NCBI GenBank assembly: GCA_019828565.1
Contig: JAHDYR010000047.1
Span: 5,541-69,540 of the forward strand
Length of the DNA: 64,000 nucleotides
Reading direction: 5' to 3'
Source of the DNA: Carpediemonas membranifera BICM
Lineage: Eukaryota > Protista > Fornicata
Shown here piece after piece: positions 51,501 to 62,996 of this stretch. How positions within the stretch are numbered: position 1 is the stretch's first letter; the number at the start of each line of letters is the position of its first letter. Both the position numbers and the translations under genes were made by a program. Under the pieces are notes generated by a model. That model was not told where the DNA came from, did no database searches, and saw only the letters and a list, made by a program, of their open reading frames with translations.

Positions 51501-53825
51501 ACTGCCATACGGCACCTCAGAGCCATAGAGCTCGCCACACAGCAGCAGGTGCGGCTTGAGTCGAGTGTAGTTGACACAGAGGAGAAGGAGGCCGCTGACG
51601 ACGAGGACCAGGGTGCTGTGGAGCTCCCCGAGGTTGAGGAGTGTCTTTATGAACCCCTCGAGCTGTTCACCACCTCTCGCAGGGTCGCGCAGACCCGCAT
51701 GCTCGAGGCGTGCATAAGGAAGCAGCAACTCGCCTTCAACAGTCGGTTTGTCGAAACTCTGCACGATAAGCGCGCGACTATTGACAAACTCAACTCCAAG
51801 GAGAGTCGAATCGCCCAGATCGTGGTCGAGATCCACGAGCTTCAGTCCAAGCTGCAAGTGCCCAAGACGCCCTTCAGACTCCCTTCGGCCACGTTCAACG
51901 AGACTGGCACCGTCAAGGTTGACAAGTTCGCCGTCGACCCGTCCGAAGTTACTGTCGAACGCGTGTTCTCGGAGGCTGAGAAGGCCGAGCTCGCTGCTAA
52001 GGAGGCTGCCGAGCAGGCTCGCCTAGCTGCAATGGCGGCTGACAAGGCTGCGATCAGAGCGCTCGGAGATATGATGGGAGGCTCCCTCGAGGTTCAAGAA
52101 GCAGACGAACTCGACGCTCTCGAACGCCCTGATGCATTCGACGTGGCAGAGGCCGACAGGACGGACGAGCAGGTTGCTGCGATCAAGGCGTATAACACGC
52201 AGGTTAAGAAGATCGCGGAGGAGCGTAGTAAGAGAGTCAAGGGTCTCGAGGGGGAGATGAAGCGGAGCAAGGAGCAGGTTGTGGAGCTCGCTGACGCGTT
52301 CGACGCCAAGCTTGCCGCGCTCGCTATCGATAAGGCAAACACCACCCGCGCCTGCGCCATCCTTCAGCTTCAGGTAATCGAGCTCGCAGGCCTCTATCTC
52401 CAAGAGGTCGCCGTCACCCAGCTCGAAGCCCAGCTTGAGCTCGACATCGCCGACACCACCAAGGCTCTAGAGACCGCCCAGACGCTCCAGGACACCCTGT
52501 CTGGCCGAGTGGAAGAGGAAAAGGCCAGAGCAGCCGAGATCGCCCAGAACTCGAGAGGCCCTGCCAAGAGAAAGCCCCGAATCATCGGTGAGTACCAGGA
52601 CATCGTCGCAGCCATGACGCCCGAGCTCTCTGCCGCGGTGATTAACGCGCTCTCGGACATGGTCGGCCGCCGCCCCAGCCCTGAAGCACTCTACGCTCAG
52701 CTGGCCGGCCCCAGCGGCGACTCTGGACACACGCAGCCGCTCGACACGAGGCCCAGAGCCGTTGTTCATGAGACGGACTCGTGGGACAGCCCCAGGTTTG
52801 CAGACAAGTTCGCACCCACGCCTGCTGACATCAAGCTGCTCAATGAGCTGAAGCCGACCGAGCAGGGTGCCGCGGACGGCTTCGACAACGGTGCGGTCGA
52901 GGACGCCATCACGGCAATGTGGCGCAACGCACTTGGCCTGAGAGCAGAGATCGCACTCGCTGACGCCCGCAACCACCAGCAGAAGCTTGTCCACGCAGAT
53001 GTAGTCGATGCTTCCTCTCGCGTGGCTGCCCGCGTCGGTGAAATCTCGACTCGGCGCGAGTCACTCGAGCAAAGAAAAGTCGACCTCGCAGCCCAACATC
53101 GGTCAGCCATCTTCGACAACCTCATTGTGGTCGAGCTCCAGCAGGGGCAAGTCGAGGTGCCCCGGAATCCCGTGGCAACTGACTACTCTTCGGCCGTGAT
53201 GCTAAGTAAGAGCACGATCGACGGGTACAACTCAACGATCGCCAAGCTCGCTCAGGAGCACTGCGACGCACTCATTCGTGTCAGGGACACTAGGAGCGCG
53301 TGTAACAACATTGTATGGGAGAAGCAGTACAGACAACTCGAAATTGACGACGTTCAGGCCCAGACGAGCGACCTGCAGCTCTTCAGAGTTCGGCGAGAGA
53401 TGCGTGAGCTCCTCCACGCGAAGGATGCGGAGTCGATCCACCGCAAGCAGGTCGAGATTCTGACCAAGCAGCTCTCACACATGAAATCTGACCACGCCAA
53501 GTCGCTCAAATCTATGCAGGCTAACGTAGCGTCGTACCAGAGAAAGACCAGCCGCTTTGACAAGACGACCCGGGAGATGGAGATGACGATTGATGCCCTC
53601 ACCAAGAAGATGGAACAATGGAACCGGTTGTACGCCGTGCTGCACAGGGCGAAGACTGACGCGGCTCCCAAGGGACCGACCGCTGCCGCTCGCAGGAAGA
53701 AGCAGGAGGACGCCATCAAGGCACAGAAGGCTGCGGCTAACGTGCTTACTGCTGAGGTAGAGCGGTTGAGACGGAAGACATTCCCGTCGTTCGCGGCCGT
53801 GGGACATAGAGCTGACACATACTGA
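48516..53825 (+). CDS. CFAP43: Cilia- and flagella-associated protein 43 (WD40 plus coiled coil)
   Basis: Beta-propeller-like N-terminus, RALGDMMGGSLE, LQQGQVEV..DY, C-terminal ERLRRKTFPSF. Confidence 0.82.
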   Translation: MDAENAAMLHYVAGCKPSSLFALNDAVGVVTNSAITIHKLLTNHGGQNNKSNDKNIVCHRVLSYVVNDTETSSIFVGHEDADGSCRITQHHTGIHIREGVHIDTGMRRPIHLSLTSSPDGQIIYLLALFDVDGLVSSCETVVLYTIAPDEETGMPTVMEVAHLDLPEAPLSLDVLNPDPSAPLSKFAGIHICPVDPNWGVIVSSTELLVLQKRRLADIEDTFEVHSIIATEGETFTGVGAYVANGYGFVAATSTGLAYATAGMGPRRRSGESRQTKSSATKSRKSSRKATKHAVAKQETAVAEFKPTLTVIETTEGTAPVDIVCPGNVLVVYPNRVVQYAIHAAHDTAELTGASRFSSIDVTALADSPDCVLEAITAPATLSPIDRRHIVSVYCPKTNMVAFASVDADNVQAEVADRIQARIPVGIPVDSDIIRFPDGATGTRHPELHVTVWQTGLLSAFDTVSGHYSLIEPLVDSTDTPIRPTCMAVCPAVNGVAIGDDTGIVRIYHFRTAEPDEPGTRVNLAFAQRMFDGPVASLSCSVDGFFLAATTKSSPHVAFIKFIADPKEPPSLQYARFVGLAQFSVADEPASTPSLQWAMGKRRVGDRAFEWRRFLYVGVTNTTIWRLQVQDDLHAGSDGFTISVTEITRTELRTGAPFTAFAVAPKCTTSPGDNGAKVVDPDEVYVLHADSLAVYNFATVHTGTSLFETRNAPTEAVRTEPLPAPPSTLCVLPRIEGTIIAIGLSSGAVALVVGNQHAVEISGSHCATCGAVQAVAINTARENEHSSLNYLISTGADGVILVRTMDELLLRFDSINSTHCASSMAASFHVMHDDNQLGQLAVDAQPAPEFIQESAELISPAKEFELGRMSATREAHERMANELRQEVGEIRVAVEALIEENTAREEMDRVDLDKFTIDVELAKSIEHDNAKAVATTHDECEAWVNVRAAITSAIHADTVGTHVPVDHATEVTGLAAPVAVESFTLPKWDKTREAQVTAIRHLRAIELATQQQVRLESSVVDTEEKEAADDEDQGAVELPEVEECLYEPLELFTTSRRVAQTRMLEACIRKQQLAFNSRFVETLHDKRATIDKLNSKESRIAQIVVEIHELQSKLQVPKTPFRLPSATFNETGTVKVDKFAVDPSEVTVERVFSEAEKAELAAKEAAEQARLAAMAADKAAIRALGDMMGGSLEVQEADELDALERPDAFDVAEADRTDEQVAAIKAYNTQVKKIAEERSKRVKGLEGEMKRSKEQVVELADAFDAKLAALAIDKANTTRACAILQLQVIELAGLYLQEVAVTQLEAQLELDIADTTKALETAQTLQDTLSGRVEEEKARAAEIAQNSRGPAKRKPRIIGEYQDIVAAMTPELSAAVINALSDMVGRRPSPEALYAQLAGPSGDSGHTQPLDTRPRAVVHETDSWDSPRFADKFAPTPADIKLLNELKPTEQGAADGFDNGAVEDAITAMWRNALGLRAEIALADARNHQQKLVHADVVDASSRVAARVGEISTRRESLEQRKVDLAAQHRSAIFDNLIVVELQQGQVEVPRNPVATDYSSAVMLSKSTIDGYNSTIAKLAQEHCDALIRVRDTRSACNNIVWEKQYRQLEIDDVQAQTSDLQLFRVRREMRELLHAKDAESIHRKQVEILTKQLSHMKSDHAKSLKSMQANVASYQRKTSRFDKTTREMEMTIDALTKKMEQWNRLYAVLHRAKTDAAPKGPTAAARRKKQEDAIKAQKAAANVLTAEVERLRRKTFPSFAAVGHRADTY

Positions 53826-54042
53826 TTGATTGATAAACTTTGTACAGGAATATTAAGAAAGGCGTGTTAATAATCGCGTGAGCCTCACTGAGTCCTCTTA
53901 CTTGACGAAGGCAGCGCCATGGGACAGAACGAGTATTTTGACTCCGTCGTTGTCCCCACGGACTGATCCTGGATCAAGTAGGTAATTGTATAACTTGTAT
54001 TACTCTGCCGTGGCCCTTGTTTATTATTATTATTTGCACATG

Positions 54043-54415
54043 AGCTCACGGCACCCTAGAGTGCCGAGGCGCGGGCGAGACCCCAGCGGGACCGGGTCGC
54101 CGTGCTAAGAGGTTGAATCTGGTGGGAGTTTCGGATACGAATCGAGGTGATTCGATCCGGGAGAATCGATGGCGCAATCGACTGAAAATGGAGTCAGACC
54201 AAGAGAAATGGCGGAAGAGACCGCCGGACAGATAAGATGTGCACTTTAGGTCACACTTCGAAACGCATCGGCAGGTGTCGGAGCCGTTCCGGACCTGACC
54301 GGATCGCGAGACGAGGATTTACCCAGGTCTGTCATAAGAGCTCGGGGAAGCCACCCGAAGTAAATACTCGCCCCCCCATTTTGGTTGGATTTAAGAGGGC
54401 TCTCTGTTATAGAGC
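54043..54415 (+). mobile_element. Solo A-spacer-B remnant 1 of a YR retrotransposon
   Basis: Begins AGC, carries an abortive gag start MAEET (54208; same as the 1405 ORF), ends TAAAT-C-run-TTGG...TTATAGAGC. Confidence 0.55.
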
Positions 54416-54906
54416 CACACTTTGTGGAGAGCAGCACTCGACCAGGGCACCCGGGGTGCTGAGGGTCGGAGGGTCCCGCGGGGAGCGCGGGCCGGAGACT
54501 ATTGATCGTTGGATTGATTCGACCAGATGTGCAGGATATGGCAGAATTCGAAAGATGCCCGAAGAAGACACGGGCACGCCCAAGGCAGAGGGTCCCGAAC
54601 GACCTGCCTGGCGTACTGGCACCACATCAGGTGTCTGAGATTTATCACCTCGGGTGATGGGTTTTGGCGCAATGTGCAGGATAAGGACAATGCCAGAAGA
54701 GTTGTCGCTAGCAGCGACGGCGCCAGGACCGACGCTGGTCAAGGCCAGTGTACCTGCTCGTCAGGTAAGGCGAGCCAGTTCGACTTACCCAGAGAATGCC
54801 AGGTGGCGGTAAGTCCCGAATATTTACATAGCAAACCAGGGGTTTCTTGTAAATATTCTTCCTCCGTTGGAAAGACGTCGTATGTCATAAGGCTTGGTTA
54901 TCAAGC
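54413..54906 (+). mobile_element. Solo A-spacer-B remnant 2 of a YR retrotransposon
   Basis: Abortive MPEEDT start (54555); 54864-54906 aligns ungapped 29/43 to repeat B and ends in AGC. Confidence 0.65.
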
Positions 54907-55029
54907 TGGCGTTACATCGCGCTGACAGGTTACCTCGGGTAACGGGCCGTGAGCGGAGGGCAATGAGATCGCCTCGCTCCGGCATGGTGATGCGCCGACC
55001 AGGCGAGCCGCGCAGTTTATGCGGGCAGA

Positions 55030-55557
55030 ATGGTAGAAAATTCGGAACATCCAGATCCGACGGCAACGAGGCTCAATAACCTAGAAGCCTCAATCGCTAC
55101 CATCTCGCAACAGCTTGCAAAGCTTAATCCGCCTCCTCCGCCGCCCGAGACCGAGCCGCCGAAGGAATCTCAAATTGATTTCTTCCCTGAACAAGATGAA
55201 GCGGATATTGACCAAACACTGGCAGAGATGGATGCATACGGCGAGCTTCCGACAAAGAGACCACTTAAGGCGGAAGCAAAGTGGCTTCGCCGCGTGATGG
55301 TGATCGTCAACGCCCTCGACGACGAGCCGCTCAAAGCAAGACTCCTGGTGGAACTCCAAGCACGCCGTACCCTTCTGGACCTCAAGGACGACAACTGGTC
55401 GGACGCAACCTGCGAACTGTTTCTCGACTTGTTCAACACGTCCCAGACCAAAACCCCCCGTGCCATCTCCTACTGCGCAGCCAAAGCCAGAGCCAAGGGT
55501 AAGAGAAAGGACCAGCCCCAGAACAAAGGGGGGTTTCACAAGAAGCACAAGAAGTAG
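55030..55557 (+). CDS. Gag-like ORF1
   Basis: First ORF, starts within repeat A, basic C-terminus. Confidence 0.75.
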   Translation: MVENSEHPDPTATRLNNLEASIATISQQLAKLNPPPPPPETEPPKESQIDFFPEQDEADIDQTLAEMDAYGELPTKRPLKAEAKWLRRVMVIVNALDDEPLKARLLVELQARRTLLDLKDDNWSDATCELFLDLFNTSQTKTPRAISYCAAKARAKGKRKDQPQNKGGFHKKHKK

Positions 55558-55586
55558 CCCTTGCCACAGATGTTCAGTTCCCGTCA

Positions 55587-57606
55587 ATGAACAAAAAGTG
55601 GCCGGTGTGGGCAAGACTCGGTGCCTCCCCCGAGGTAGTAAGCTGGCTGCGGGATGGCGTCCCTATCCACCTCACCTCTGCGCCCCCTCCACCAGAACCG
55701 CAAAGGCGAGTGGACCCCCGCCTACTCCCGAAGATCGAAGAGCTAGTCGCCAAGGGCGTCCTCTCCCCGTGCCCGATAGACGAACTGCGTCACAGCGCAC
55801 CCCTGTTCGCGGTGTCGAAGGGCAAAGACGATGTCCGCCCCGTGCACGACCTCCGAGCCCTGAACGAGTTGACAGCAGAGCTGAGGGTGTTTCGTCTGTT
55901 CGGCATCAGACGGGCGGTCCGCAATCTGCACAAGAACGACTACATGATCAAGATAGACCTAGCATCGGGATACCACCAACTTGGCGTCGCCTCGCGAGAC
56001 TCCCCCCTCCTAGGCGTGGTCCTACCGGACGGCCGCGCATTCAGGTACAACACACTCGGCTTCGGATGGACAGCGGCGCCGTACGTGTTCCAGAGCACGA
56101 CCATACAGCTTGCAAAGATCATCGCACACAGGTTCGGGGTGACCATCGCGGTCTATCTCGACGACTTCTTAGTGTCCCATGCCTCCCCATCGTACCTAGC
56201 TTCGGTCACCCCGCAGATCATCGACCTCATGCTATCGCTGGGGGCGATACCGGGCCTCAACAAGTGCGTCCTCACGCCGACCCAGCAGGTAGACTACCTA
56301 GGTGTCCACATAGACACCGCAAGCGAGTCCCTAAGAATCTCAAAAGACAAGGCCGAGGCCTACACGGCCACGATCTCCAAGGCCCTCCGGGTCGGGTCCA
56401 TCACAGCTTCAGACTGGCAGAAGCTCCTAGGCCGTCTGTCATTCTTCGCAGGGACCACACAGTTCGCCCGCCTCGCACTCAGACCACTGCAGGCCACCCC
56501 TACGACGGAGACCGTCCACCTCTCCAGCCAAATCCGCAGGCAGCTGGCGGCGTGGCAAGTCCTCCTCCGCGATCGCCCACCCAAGAGGTTCGCCGAAGCA
56601 AGAGCGGACTGGGAAATACGCGATACGCTCCAGATTTCTGTCACCTCAGACGCATCAACGTCCGGCTGGGGAGCATGCCTGTTCAATGGGGAGAAGGGAG
56701 CGGCATCACAGGGTGCCTTCCCCCCTCATCTCAAGGGGGGAACACATTGGCGTCAAGGAGCTCTTCGCGATCGCTCAGGCGATCAATCTCGTGCCCCAGC
56801 AGGAGTCACGCTCCTCTCTCACAGTCTTTGCCGACAACTCAGCTGCCATCAGCTGGGTAAACAGACGGGGATCGCCGAACCTCCCCCCAGCCGCACACCA
56901 GATCCTACAGGACATCTACAACACGGCAGAAACCAAGCGCCTCGACGTCCACTGCTTCCATATTGCCGGACACCTGAATGTCCAGGCGGACAGGCTCTCC
57001 AGGTTCGCCAAGCTCGACTGGTCGTCACCCCGAGAAGTCTTGGAAACCATCATGCGCAAGTGGGGGCCGGTCGAGATCGACGTCACAGCACGCCCCGACA
57101 AGGTTCTGGCCTTACCAGGCTTTGCAGAAATAGCCTGGTCAATCCACGACAACGGCTTCCAGATGGACTGGAGGGGAGTCAGGATTTATATAGCTCCTCC
57201 TATAGCCCTTCTTGGAGTGACGTGTCGTCGCCTCCAGACAATACGCGCCTCGACCCAGACTGGGAACCCTCGACACTGGAGATCAGCGGCGATAGTCCTG
57301 TGCCCGGACCTCAACTCGCCCGAGGTCCGAGCCATCAAACGTTTGACACCCCTCAAGTTGTACCTCAGAGTCCAGGCGAAACACCTCCTGCAGTCCGAGC
57401 TAGCCTGGACAGCGACAGACAAGGGCAAGATCCGCTTCGTGGCGCTTATCCTGAAAACCCGTTCCAAGCCCTCCTCGCTGACGACCGACTATCACATTTC
57501 AGAAACGAATCGTCGCGCCGCACAGCAGCGGGCTGGGTCGCCAAATTCCTCCAATCCCGCAACGCGAGCCACTCACACGCGCAACAGCTCAAAGAGTTCC
57601 TTCTGA
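55587..57606 (+). CDS. RT-RNase H-adenine methyltransferase-like ORF (frameshift at the G run near 56736)
   Basis: DLRALN, KIDLASGYHQ, GFGW..APYVF, YLDDFL, SDASTSGWG, KELFAI, ADN, NVQADRLSR; MT-like WGPVEIDV..DW..YIAPP. Confidence 0.9.
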
Positions 57607-58364
57607 CCGAGGGTACCACGTCGGGCCCACAGTCGATACACAGGAAAGGCTACTGGATTTGCGAGGCCGCCCCACTCGTGTCTGACTGGCGCCCCCCGAT
57701 CGCTGCCAAGCAGATAATCGCCGCCGCCCGGAACGTCGCCTCTGTAGAAGGCCTGACCGGGGGTGCGAAGCCTGTCACGTCCGCGAGAGTCCGCAGGGTC
57801 ATAGACAGACGTCGGAAGTCACCCCAAGCCTTCCAGGCCGCCCTCTTTTCTGCTCTCTGCTTTATCACCGTGAGTAGAGGCGCAGAGATCTTTGGACTCA
57901 GACGAAGAGACGTCGAGTTCGACGCTGATGGCAATGCCCTCCTTCTGTTCGCGAGAACTAAGACTGCCACAGGCGTCCGCAAGCTGGTACCAAACCAATC
58001 GTGGGCCCGCTTTAACCCAGCAAGGGCCCTGAAGGCATGGGTCCCCACGGCAACGCGCCGCGACGACGACCTCATCTGGCGGGCGATCACCTCAACCGGT
58101 GGTATTTCACTATCGAAGCCGCTACCGGCGTCAACCCTCCGCCACTGGATCCACCAGGCGTACGGCACCGACATTTCGTGGCACTCATTCCGCAAGGGCG
58201 CCACCACGGAGTTGGCGGTAGCCCACACGAGTACCGAAGTCCTCCTGTCCATGGGGACGTGGGCCTCCACGAAAAGCATGCTGAGATATATGGGCAACGG
58301 GGTCCGCACACACCCGGGGGTCCAGGGACACCTGGCCTCCATCCTTCTCCAACCACCACTTTAA
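57440..58364 (+). CDS. Tyrosine recombinase
   Basis: SRGAEI (R), KT (K), HSFRKG (HxxR), GTW, MLRY (Y). Start uncertain; overlaps pol. Confidence 0.9.
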
Positions 58365-58924
58365 ATCTCTGACGGGAGCTAGTGGCTGGGAGAGCTAGGT
58401 AGGGTGGGGCTGACACGCGTTACAACGGCAGATGTAAGCCACAACAGACATTCTTTGACGCGGTCTCTCGAGGAGACGGTCGGTTTGGGCTCGCAAGCGT
58501 GCCTGCAAGCCATTCCACTATGCTCGTTGCCGGTGGGATATCCCCGTTGGGTAGAGCAAGTATGTCTAGAGGCTAGGACAGCTAGCTGGCGTTACATCGC
58601 GCTGACAGGTTACCTCGGGTAACGGGCCGTGAGCGGAGGGCAATGAGATCGCCTCGCTCCGGCATGGTGATGCGCCGACCAGGCGAGCCGCGCAGTTTAT
58701 GCGGGCAGAATGGTAGAAAATTCGGAACATCCAGATCCGACGGCACGATACTGGTCAAGACCGGTATATCCGCCCAGTAGGTAAGCTGGCCGGAGTCCCC
58801 TGATCGTTTACACTAGCTCTCTTCTTTAATAAACGATCGCCCCCCCCCCGTTGGGTAGAGCAAGTATGTCTAGAGGCTAGGACAGCTAGCGCGGCTATCA
58901 GGCTCACAAAAATTGTATAAAATG

Positions 58925-58997
58925 TGGACGAGCTGGGATTTGAACCCAGGGCCTCGTGCATGCTAAGCACGCGCTCTACCAACTGAGCTACACGCCC
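58925..58997 (-). tRNA. tRNA-Ala(AGC)
   Basis: GGGCGTGTAGCTCAGTTGGTAGAGCGCGTGCTTAGCATGCACGAGGCCCTGGGTTCAAATCCCAGCTCGTCCA followed by TTTT. Confidence 0.95.
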
Positions 58998-58998
58998 T

Positions 58999-61900
58999 TT
59001 AATCATCAGAAAGAACGTTCTTACCGCGCGCAGAGGGTCAGCAGGGTGGGGGTCCCTAGTAGAGCTCGTGGGTTATGTAGTCGGAGTCGTAAGCCTCGGC
59101 GGGGTCGCTTTCGGGAAATCGAAATTTTGCACATGTGCAAAAATCTCGGATGTCTCGACTGGCTCGACTACGACGCCTCTCTCACACGCGAAGGGCACAC
59201 CACAGTTAGAGCTGTGCCACGCGGCACTGCTCGCGGTAGTCACGGATGACCGCCGCGTTCCCAGCCCACACAGCCAAGACGACCCGACTGCGCAGGTCCC
59301 GACGGACCTCCGCGCTCAGACCGAGCCTCTCGCACAGACGCCACACCCAGCACGACTTGCGGTCCTCGGGGTCAGCTCTCGTGTTGCCAACGAGGTCACA
59401 GCTGGCCGCGATGAGCTCGCAGTCGAACCTCGAGTACTGAGCGGCCTTGTCACGGATCCCATCCTTGATCGACTGTGAGACGACCACATCGACGATCATA
59501 TCGCCGTGGAGGGGCGTTCCATCAGCTGACGTTGCCGCTAGCATGAGCAGATCGGCCTTCACCTCCGTCGGGCCCGTCCCGTTGGGCATGTAGGCCATAC
59601 TGGTGTGATCCAGCGGAACCTCGCGCCGTTTGGGGACGAACTGCTCCGAGCAAACGTCGTAGATGGCGTCTCTGACGCCGTTATGACGCTCGATCCGGGC
59701 ACCGCCCTTGAGGCGAACACAAGAGAGTCCATGAGACCAATCCGCAACAGATCTGCCGCACAGGGGGCATGGTTTGGCTTTTTCTATCACGTAGGGGTCA
59801 AGAGACAGGTGTAGGCGGAGAATTGCAGTTGCCAAATCGGAACCCGAAAGAACGGGATCGAACGGCGTCAATGTGGACACTGCACGCACATAAGGCTCAG
59901 AAATAAACGATCTCTTCGCCGTAAGCTCCTTCTGCTTGAACTCCCGCACTTTCGTCGTCAGTTCAAACTGCGGAGTCGAAGTCTTCCACTTCTTCAGGGC
60001 ATCCACGTCCTGCGGACCACCAGCAGCACCAACCGCCTGAAATGCCTCATTGGGCACGTTCAGTGAGATGTTTTGGTCAAAGAGCTGCTTCACGGCACCG
60101 AGATATGCCGCCGGCCACACGATGGACGGAATTCCCCATCCAAGACCTCCCTGCGTGATGCTAAGGCCCGCTCTTTCGAGCGTACCAATCACTGCATCGG
60201 CACCAACGAGGTTGGAGAGCAATGGAACGAGCGTCTCCTCCTCAAAGCGACGCCCAACGCCGACGAGGTCGGGCACACATTGCGGTAGAGGTGCGACAGT
60301 TTGGGCAGCAGGCACGCACGCGTCATGTTGTTAGCGACGATGATAGACGTGGGCCCTACGTCTGCCACCATGTCGCTCACGCGTCCAGACTGCTCGCTGA
60401 CGCCTTCGAACTGCCTGCAGACCTGCTCCTTGACGTACGCAGCCGGCCCCACCGGCGTGCCCAGGACCTTGAAAGCCTCGCCGCGCGGCGCAAGCGAGGA
60501 TTCACTGGCCACTAGGCCCAGCCCGGCGATGACAGTCTTCTTCTCGTTGACCTTCAACCCGACTCTGGCGAAATTGGACGTCGCGGTCATGATGACCGTG
60601 TTCGTCTCACTCTCTGTAGCGTCCTTGGGCATCAGGCAGTAGACATCATCCTGATAGGCATAAAATGCGTAGTTTGGAAACTCGGTCCGAAGATCGTCCA
60701 AAAGGGGCTTCATGCCGCAACTGAACAGCAGCGGGCTCGTAGGATCTCCCCTTGCGGAATTCCTTCGAGTGATCTGAGGACCATCCCGGTTGCTGAGAAC
60801 AGCATTGGATCAAGCAACATCAGTTCGAGGTACTCGGAAAGCGACGGGCAGTATGCAGCTGTCGCATCGCGAAGGTGAGATCTACTCATGCATCCATATG
60901 CGTTGGTAAGATCCAAAGCGATCACCTGACCGCCGCCACGATGATGCTCCCTCACAAGATTGGTTAGCTCCTCGAGCCCGCACTTCTCGCCGAGGCCATA
61001 CTGACCCGGCAACGCCTTGTCGTCCCGCAGCCGGGCAGCAGCCTGACGAACTGCCACCTTCGCTGCGAGACGACGAAGGCTGTCGCCTATTGAGACGGGG
61101 CGCGGCTTGCCATCCTTCTTCGGGATCGGCACAAGGATGCAGTGGGAAAATGGCTCCAGGCAGGCGACGCCCTCGAGCATATCCTCGAGCAGGGGCACAA
61201 GAGCCGCGGCGAGTTCATTCCACCCGATGGCCCGGCCCATCGCCTTCAGATGAAGGTAAGATAGGCCTGAAGGACCCGGTGCGGACTCGGCGTTGAGGCT
61301 CTTAAGTGCCTTCTTCACCGCAGGGACAGTCATTTGGCAGTGGTTCAGTGTGGACGCGGGACCCGACACTGCTGCCAGCCGACTACCAGACGGCTGCACC
61401 TGGCTCTCACAGAGCCTGGCCTCCACCCACGCGCGATCCCCAGCGAACTCTCCGGCGGAGAGAGCTTGCGTGGCGCGAGAATAGAAGCCTCGTTGTCCCA
61501 ACCTGAGTGCGCGCGCACTGGCTTTCAGCCGGGGCTGCTCGGTGGTCCGCTCCGGAGGAGCATAGACCCTGCGCGAAGGTCAAGATGCGGCGGACAACGT
61601 CGGGCTTCCCGTGGGCCGGGGCTGCGGCGTACTCATTGAGCAGCGCGACAAAGCTCTTCGCCCATGCCAGTCTGGCCCTCTTCGCGGGGAGCAACTTCCC
61701 CACAAACATGGCGCTGTGAGCTGGCAAGAACGGCTCGGGGACACTGCGCTGGCGTGCGGCCCCATCAGGTACCCAGGTCACCCGGGGCGCCGGCTGCGGG
61801 ACTGACCCGAAGCAGGCCTGGGCGATCTTGGCAACCACCGGGGGCAGCTTGGTGAAGATCCTACCGCCGTTGGGCAGGACTGGCAGTGTCGACCTGACGG

Positions 61901-62995
61901 TCTCGGGGACAAAGCCCCTCAATGCCTCACAGAGCTGCCGGAGCCGACTCTGGCTGAATCGACCCGTGGCCGACCCACGGTTGGACTCGTCCATAAGGGC
62001 CCGGACGAGGGCTGGGTCGCACAGGGTGGCCGTCACCTGCTCTGGAGTGGTCCAGTGGTCGGCGCGCATGGCGTCGGGGACCCACTCGTCAAAGGTGGCC
62101 CTGATGACAGCAGCAGGGCTGCTGTCCGAGCTCGAGCTCGGTTGCGTGGGTGCCGAGGTATCCTGACTAGAGGCCTCGCCCCCGGTGCCGTAAGGTGACT
62201 CAACACCTACAACTCTGTCGACCAGGGCAACGGCACCACCCGCCTCAGATGTCTGGCCGCCTGCACGTGGTGGCTCCGGAGAGCGCACAATCACTGCGGC
62301 TGGCCTCGTCTGAGACGGGCTGGGCGAGGCATTCTCCGGCCCGGCCAACTCGGCGGGAACGGACGGCGGGGAGTCCGGCACGGCCAACGATGCCTCCTGG
62401 GGCACACTAACCGGTTCGGCCTGAGTTCCGCTGGCATCAGTCGGACTATCCGACGGCAGGAGGCCCATTGTGTTGATTGGGCACCCCATGGAAAGCAACT
62501 CGTCGATCAAATCGTCTCTTTTACTCTCATGAAGAACGCTCTGTGTGCCAGAGGAGTCCAGCAGCACTCGCGTGTCGAGCTTGAGAATAAGGAGACGAAG
62601 AGATGTCGGAGAAAGCTTCATCTGTTCAACGTGAAGGCAGATGCGCTCCAGACCAGCGGATATCCGGTCAATGGAGTCCTTTTTGTCGAACAGGACAGGA
62701 TGAGCGTTGAATAGCGGCGACAGGAAGTACACGATTTCGTTCGCGACGGCGACGTTGAAACGCTTGCTCTTAGCGCTGGCATCAGCAGTAAATAGCATCG
62801 AGATAACGTTCTTCGAGCACAATGCTCGTTTGAAACGCTGTCTTGTCGACGCATGTTCCCGCATTAGCGACGGCGGCACATATCGAAGCAAAGTCGCACG
62901 GAGGAACGCGAAAATCGCGTCTGACGGCTCTTGAAGGGTGCTTACAACGCCTCCGGAAGCTAAAGCGTCCTGGATTGCGCTTTTGGCAAACTTCA
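58999..62995 (-). mobile_element. CRE-like non-LTR retrotransposon (RT plus RLE) inserted in the tRNA-Ala 5' end
   Basis: 15-bp TSD 58984-58998 = 62996-63010; SAPGPSGL, RPVSIGDSLRRL, LDLTNAYG, GIPQG, YQDD; CPLC..H..C, RHNGV, KADLL..IVDV. Confidence 0.9.
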
Positions 62996-62996
62996 T
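59206..62996 (-). CDS. Single RT-RLE polyprotein split by three frameshifts
   Basis: Colinear motifs across ORFs 61407..62996, 60710..61501, 60189..60713 and 59206..60315. Confidence 0.85.

Larger units (their letters stand above)
54904..58890 (+). mobile_element. Complete PAT-like (DIRS order) tyrosine-recombinase retrotransposon with split direct repeats A1...B1A2-B2
   Basis: A1 54904-55065 = A2 58584-58745; B1 58542-58586 = B2 58846-58890; AGC at both ends and at the B1/A2 junction; gag, RT, RH, MT, YR. Confidence 0.93.

Noticed and set aside
55587-58364. 925-aa RT-YR single fusion ORF
   Set aside because: RNase H and MT continue in another frame after a G run near 56736. The fusion results from a 1-nt indel into the overlapping YR frame.
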